From Parcubacteria group bacterium (GTDB lineage: Bacteria > Patescibacteriota > Minisyncoccia > Phycocordibacterales > UBA2135): a stretch of 38,941 nucleotides of DNA. Shown here one piece after another: positions 34,027 to 38,941 of the stretch (positions are counted from its first letter, which is position 1; every line of letters begins with the position of its first letter). The notes beneath the pieces were generated by a model. It made no database searches. It saw only the letters and a program-made list of their open reading frames with translations, and was not told the origin of the DNA. The translations under genes were made by a program, and so were the position numbers. The DNA lies in NCBI GenBank assembly GCA_016180525.1, contig JACPBB010000004.1:1-38941 (forward strand), written 5' to 3'.

Positions 34027-35412
34027 TCAGAATTCCGCTTCTTCTAAAGATACGGTTTCCGAATCTTTAAAATTCTTTTCAAGCGACAAAAATGTCGTTC
34101 TCTTCTCATCAAAATATAATTTTACTTTGCCAAGAGGGCCATTTCTGTGTTTCGCAATGTCTATTTCAGCGACGTTTGTTTTTTCTTCATCGTCTTTGTA
34201 TTTATCACTTCGGTGAATAAACATAACAACATCGGCGTCTTGTTCTATGGAACCAGAATCGCGAAGGTCCGAGAGACGAGGTCTGTCTCGGCGTTGTTCC
34301 ACGGCGCGAGAGAGTTGTGAGAGGGCAATAACAGGAATATCTAGTTCACGCGCAAGAGCTTTGAGAGAGCGGGAAATTTCCGTTACTTGATGAACCATTG
34401 AATCATAGGTACGCGCGGTGCCAATGAGTTGTAAATAATCAACGATGAGTAGTTGAAGATTGTGTTCGCTTTTAAGTCTCCGAGCAACCGAGCGCATACG
34501 AAGCACAGTGTTTGTAGGGTAATCATCAATATAAATAGGAGACTTTGAGAGCCTGTCAAGAGAGTCGCGAATTTTTGAGAACTCTTCGTCTGTTTTTAGT
34601 TTTCCTGTTCTCAATTTCCATGCGTCTACCATAGATTCTGCCGCGACCATTCTGTCTACAAGTTGTTGCGAACTCATTTCAAGAGAAAAAATTCCAACTG
34701 GAATATTGTGTTCGCCAGCGGTCTTCCTGGCAATATCAAGCGCGAGAGTTGTTTTTCCCATTGAAGGACGAGCCGCTAAAATTATTAAATCAGACTTTTG
34801 AAATCCTGAAAGATAGTGGTCTAACTCTGAAAACCCAGTTGGTACGCCACGAATTTTTTGTTCTTCTTTGTGAAGTTTATCAAGCCGCTCCCATGCCTCC
34901 GCAAGTTCATCCCGTAACAGCAAGAATTTTTGATCAGAAGAAAGATTGGTAATACTAAAAATACTTTTTTCAGCTTTGTCTAAAATTTCTTCAATTTCGT
35001 CTTCTTCATTAAAGCCTAGATTGCCAATAAACTCGGATGCTTCTATCAAAGTACGGAGTACGTATTTTTTTTGGATCATTGAGGCATAATTTCGCGCATT
35101 TGCAGCAGATGGCACTCCACTCACAATCTCAGTAAGGTATCCACGCCCCCCAATTTGCTCAAGTTGCTTCTTGTCGTCTAGCCGAGATGACACTGAAAGT
35201 AAGTCAACTGGGTCGTTTTTGCTATGAATTTCAAGTATTGCTTGAAATATCATCCTATTTTTATTTGAGTAGAAAGAATGTGAAGAAACAATGTCCGCCA
35301 CATCATATATTGTTTCGGGACTAATCATTATAGAGCCTAAGAGAGCTTTTTCTCCCTCAATATTTTGAGGTGGTATTTTAATTTTTTCTTTTTGAGAAGA
35401 ATCAGGATGCAT
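34027..35412 (-). CDS. dnaB: Replicative DNA helicase
   Basis: PPQNIEGE, AARPSMGKT, FSLEM, VDYLQL, LSQLSR, DLRDSGSIEQDAD, KHRNGP. ATG 35412 preferred because TTGCAT-N16-TATTAT overlaps ATG 35430. Confidence 0.98.
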   Translation of the reverse strand: MHPDSSQKEKIKIPPQNIEGEKALLGSIMISPETIYDVADIVSSHSFYSNKNRMIFQAILEIHSKNDPVDLLSVSSRLDDKKQLEQIGGRGYLTEIVSGVPSAANARNYASMIQKKYVLRTLIEASEFIGNLGFNEEDEIEEILDKAEKSIFSITNLSSDQKFLLLRDELAEAWERLDKLHKEEQKIRGVPTGFSELDHYLSGFQKSDLIILAARPSMGKTTLALDIARKTAGEHNIPVGIFSLEMSSQQLVDRMVAAESMVDAWKLRTGKLKTDEEFSKIRDSLDRLSKSPIYIDDYPTNTVLRMRSVARRLKSEHNLQLLIVDYLQLIGTARTYDSMVHQVTEISRSLKALARELDIPVIALSQLSRAVEQRRDRPRLSDLRDSGSIEQDADVVMFIHRSDKYKDDEEKTNVAEIDIAKHRNGPLGKVKLYFDEKRTTFLSLEKNFKDSETVSLEEAEF

Positions 35413-35557
35413 TTCCTTTAATAATAGCATAAAAGATTGAAATGCAAGAGCAAGTCTACTGAGTATTTGTGTATATATGGTGGAAAAGAATGCTTATTCT
35501 TAACTTATGACAGCGCAATTACTAATTCTAAAAAACTTATATCTCGTCATTACGAAC

Positions 35558-35566
35558 TTATCCACA
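35558..35566 (+). promoter_or_regulatory. Perfect DnaA box in the divergent dnaB / giant-ORF intergenic region
   Basis: TTATCCACA. Confidence 0.55.
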
Positions 35567-35692
35567 TTTTATTGGTTTTTCAGTGCTTTATTTCATACAA
35601 TTAGTAAATAGGTAGAAGCAATAAAAAGGTAAAGTAAACATCCTATCTGCTTGTAAAAGAAGGTTATTTAAAAAACATCAAACAAAAAACAA

Positions 35693-38600
35693 ATGGGTTC
35701 AGAATTTTTTTGGGGAGACAAAAAGTATGTGTCGTCTAAACGAGCAGCCGAGATTTCCGGCTATGCGCCTGATTATATAGGTCAGCTTTGCCGTAAAAGG
35801 AAACTTGAATGCCGGCTCATAGGTAGGGGATGGTTTGTAACAGAGGCCTCGCTTTTAGAACATAAAAACGCTACGAAAACAAGGCCTGCGTTTCAAACTG
35901 AAAAGACCCAAAAAATTCTAATTAAAAAAATAGAACCTGCTACACCTGAAAAATCGCCTCTAATTTCTCAAGTCCCGGACAGTTGGGACGCGTTTTTATT
36001 TAGAGAAGAATATCAAATACAAAAAAAGGAGTTACAGGATGCTTATGAGAGTAATTATAGTACGGAAAATTTTGGAGCAATATATCCGGATACTTTTTCT
36101 CAAAAAAATAAAGAAGAAAGGGGAGTATATTTCAAAAACATCAATGAAAGAAATAAAATTCTGTCTCCGTTTTTAAATTTTTCATATTCACTTTTTGTAA
36201 AAACACTTGTCCCAATGACCCTCGTTATAGCCACGGGAATTGGAGTTTTTTATGTCAAAGATATTGCGAGCCCTCTTCTTGCAAATTTATTAGATTCTCA
36301 AAAAATAGTTTTTAAAAATAATATTCGATCTTTTTCTCTTAATGAGTCAGGTAATTTCTCATCGCATTTTGAAAATACAGTACAAAAAATGCAGAGTTAC
36401 TTTGATAAAAAAATAATATATATAAACCAAGCCGCAGGAGGAATAAACGATAATTACCCATTAACCCAAAACGAAATTCCTTCTGAAGACAAATACAAAC
36501 AAAATATAAAAAATGTCGGAATGCTTATTGCCGCAGTTAATTTCACTGAGTTATTTTCAACCGAACTTCTCATGAATACGACACAAAATGTAAAAAGGGG
36601 GTATATTTGTATTTTAGAATATGTTTCTGGTAACACACATTGTTTTATAAAAACAGAAAAAGTCATTGCAAATAAAGGGTTTTCTACCTCTATACTCTCT
36701 AATTTTAGTCTTCAACTATATCATTTAACAAATAATTTAATGCAGCCCATCCGTCAAGAATTTTTTACCTCTCTTGTAACGAAGCTGGGGTCTCGGGTCT
36801 ACCAGACTACAAACAACGTAACCAAGGCCGTAAAAGAGAATACTTTTAAGCTATTTACTGCTCAATCTCCTATGCAAACTGAAACTCCAAACTTAAAAGA
36901 AGCTGCTCTGCGACTCAAACAAAAAAAAGAAGGAGAAATATCTGCAAATATAATTTCTGATATAGCCACGAGTACCACAAAAGAACAAAGTGTTGTTTTT
37001 AACCCGGTAAATGAAAACACACTCATTGCCAGAGAAGGAGTAAAAAATCTAGAGCAGAAAGGATTTGCGGTAGAATCTACAACAGGAGCGCAAACTATCG
37101 TAGAGCGAGTAATTGAACGAGTAGTAGCTGGCATTTCTCCTGAAGACATCGCAGCACAATTAAACGCATTAGAAAACAAATTGCGGCAGGAAATATTTAA
37201 AGTAGGGGAATCGGGAACGCGCGAAGTGCGCGTTGTTGAACGACAAGTCGCGCTCACCAATAAAATTGACCAATTGCCCGATGTTACGCTTATCAATGCG
37301 ACGGTATCCGGTAATTTTACCGGCCTCACTGACGCGCACATTCCCAATGATATTGTTGCCACAAATTACCTTGAGCTCGCGGGGGGAAATATTACAGGTA
37401 CATTGGGGGTTGGCACCACCACGCCAACGGAAGATTTTGCGGTTGCAAATCGAATATATGTGGGGGGCACTGGAACTTCTACTATTGAAAACAACCTTCA
37501 AGTTGGGGGCGCGCTCTCGGTTAGCGGTGTGTGTCTTAATTGCGCTGGAAATAATGTTTTGGGAAATGCCGCCCTTTCTGTAAGTGGCACTTCAACATTT
37601 TCCGGTCAATTATTAAGCACAAACGTGTCTACGGTTCCCCACTCATTCGGAACGTGGGCAATCGGCGCCGCAGGATCAAACCCGCTTACTGCATCATTTG
37701 TAGTTGACCCTGCATCTGCCGATTCAGATACAAACCTTTTCGCAATTTCTATTGGCGGAAGCGCGCGGTTTCTCGTTGACGCGGAGGGTGATGTGTTTGC
37801 TAATTCAATTACTGCCGTAGGAGGTGTCACCCTTTCTACCACCTCTGCGTCAACCTTCACCGTCGAGGGAGACACAACATTAGGAGATGCATCAACAACA
37901 GACAGAACATATTTTAACTCCCGCATTGGTTCATCTCTTATACCAACTGCGGATAATATATTAGATATTGGAGACACTACAAACAGCCTTGCGTGGCGCA
38001 CGGGCATTTTCGGTACATCGCTTGGTGTGGGGACGACATCACCCGCGTGGACTCTCTCTGTGGCTGGTACGGGCTCGTTTGATGATTATGTTCGAGCTTC
38101 ATACTTTATTGCTACCTCGACAGTAGCAACATCTACATTCTCAGGTTTTCTAGACGTTACCGGAACGAATTCTACCTCAACATTTAGCGGAGGACTCACG
38201 GCTGATGCATTCGCCGTAACCGGTACAGCAAGTTCAACATTTACCGGAGGACTCATTGTAACAAGTGGAAATCTTAGTTTGGCAACGAATGGAACATTTT
38301 TTATAAGTGACACGCTCGCGCTCTCTGCCAACACATTGGGCTCATCGGTAGTTAATTCTTCGCTTACATCAGTAGGAACACTTTCCTCACTTTCTGTTTC
38401 CGGTGCAGCCACCTTCTCTGATACACTTTCTGTCTCCGGGCTTGCTTCATTTATAAATGCCTCAACATCCCGCCTTTCGGTCTTTGACACCGCCTATTTC
38501 GGCGGCACCGCGACGTCAACGTTTGATTCAACAGGAGCGCTTGTTTTAAACGCGCTTGGATCGTTTAATTCGGGTTTTATTTCATCAGCAACATCAAGTT

Positions 38601-38941
38601 TCGTGACACTCCAGGGTTCTGATATCTTTGCCTCATCAACGCTTGTTGTTGACGGCCTTTCTGTGCTTGGAGGAGATATTGTGCCAGACATAACCGATGG
38701 TTCTTCCCTCGGCACTACTGCTTTAAACTTCTCCGATCTCTTTCTTGACCTTGGCGCAGTCATTAACTTTGACTCCGGCGATGTGACGATAACCCACGGA
38801 AGTAATGACCTTTCAGTTGCCGGAGGAACACTTTCAATCCTGGGCGGCTTCATCTCCTCCGCCTCATCCTCTGCAACCTCGCTCTCCGCGACTGACCTAT
38901 TCGCATCCTCAACTATAGTCGCAGATGGACAAGCGCTCTTT
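35693..38941 (+). CDS. Giant protein (3'-truncated, >1083 aa): N-terminal HTH, TM segment, Ser/Thr/Gly-rich fibre-like repeats
   Basis: Hand-translated with no stop from ATG 35693 to the window end: MGSEFFWGDKKYVSSKRAAEISGYAPDYIGQLCRKRKLECRLIGRGWFV...; hydrophobic stretch at about aa 160-188; GVGTT.P and STF.GG repeats. Confidence 0.92.
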   Translation, partial: MGSEFFWGDKKYVSSKRAAEISGYAPDYIGQLCRKRKLECRLIGRGWFVTEASLLEHKNATKTRPAFQTEKTQKILIKKIEPATPEKSPLISQVPDSWDAFLFREEYQIQKKELQDAYESNYSTENFGAIYPDTFSQKNKEERGVYFKNINERNKILSPFLNFSYSLFVKTLVPMTLVIATGIGVFYVKDIASPLLANLLDSQKIVFKNNIRSFSLNESGNFSSHFENTVQKMQSYFDKKIIYINQAAGGINDNYPLTQNEIPSEDKYKQNIKNVGMLIAAVNFTELFSTELLMNTTQNVKRGYICILEYVSGNTHCFIKTEKVIANKGFSTSILSNFSLQLYHLTNNLMQPIRQEFFTSLVTKLGSRVYQTTNNVTKAVKENTFKLFTAQSPMQTETPNLKEAALRLKQKKEGEISANIISDIATSTTKEQSVVFNPVNENTLIAREGVKNLEQKGFAVESTTGAQTIVERVIERVVAGISPEDIAAQLNALENKLRQEIFKVGESGTREVRVVERQVALTNKIDQLPDVTLINATVSGNFTGLTDAHIPNDIVATNYLELAGGNITGTLGVGTTTPTEDFAVANRIYVGGTGTSTIENNLQVGGALSVSGVCLNCAGNNVLGNAALSVSGTSTFSGQLLSTNVSTVPHSFGTWAIGAAGSNPLTASFVVDPASADSDTNLFAISIGGSARFLVDAEGDVFANSITAVGGVTLSTTSASTFTVEGDTTLGDASTTDRTYFNSRIGSSLIPTADNILDIGDTTNSLAWRTGIFGTSLGVGTTSPAWTLSVAGTGSFDDYVRASYFIATSTVATSTFSGFLDVTGTNSTSTFSGGLTADAFAVTGTASSTFTGGLIVTSGNLSLATNGTFFISDTLALSANTLGSSVVNSSLTSVGTLSSLSVSGAATFSDTLSVSGLASFINASTSRLSVFDTAYFGGTATSTFDSTGALVLNALGSFNSGFISSATSSFVTLQGSDIFASSTLVVDGLSVLGGDIVPDITDGSSLGTTALNFSDLFLDLGAVINFDSGDVTITHGSNDLSVAGGTLSILGGFISSASSSATSLSATDLFASSTIVADGQALF

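Noticed and set aside
36454-38853. Minus-strand and alternate-frame track ORFs in the last 2.5 kb
   Set aside because: All are shadows of the single open plus-strand frame starting at 35693.

Overview
This is a bacterial chromosome segment in genetic code 11. Gene content and style point to a Patescibacteria/CPR (Parcubacteria-like) genome; this is inference from the reduced synthetases, split transketolase, NusB-NUDIX fusion, short SMC and largely SD-less starts. 1-800: 3' end of a tyrosine recombinase, then a repeat-rich, strongly structured non-coding tract. 800-6800: small accessory genes (an unlisted 50-aa zinc-ribbon protein, nucleotidyltransferase, Zn-ribbon-GNAT, NUDIX, stand-alone subtilase prodomain, HAD, ABC-2 exporter, holin-like protein, and an inverted-repeat-flanked GIY-YIG with a premature stop). 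6800-35400: housekeeping genes (glmS, gatB, gap, rpiB, rpe, tkt, alaS, rpsB, tsf, tRNA-Thr, single-chain PheRS, gyrB, thrS, dnaE, rnhB, rpmF, nusB, rnc, smc, recR, dnaB). 35693-end: a giant ORF (>1083 aa) missing from the ORF track, with HTH + TM + fibre-like repeats. Best leads: (i) a candidate ncRNA with its own promoter and terminator between thrS and dnaE; (ii) triple promoter-like units, TGCGAGAG repeats and a structured RNA-like tract directly behind the recombinase; (iii) three domain-stripped aminoacyl-tRNA synthetases; (iv) dispersed 7-nt-period repeats at gene junctions. All calls come from reading the sequence by eye; no searches or folding programs were run.
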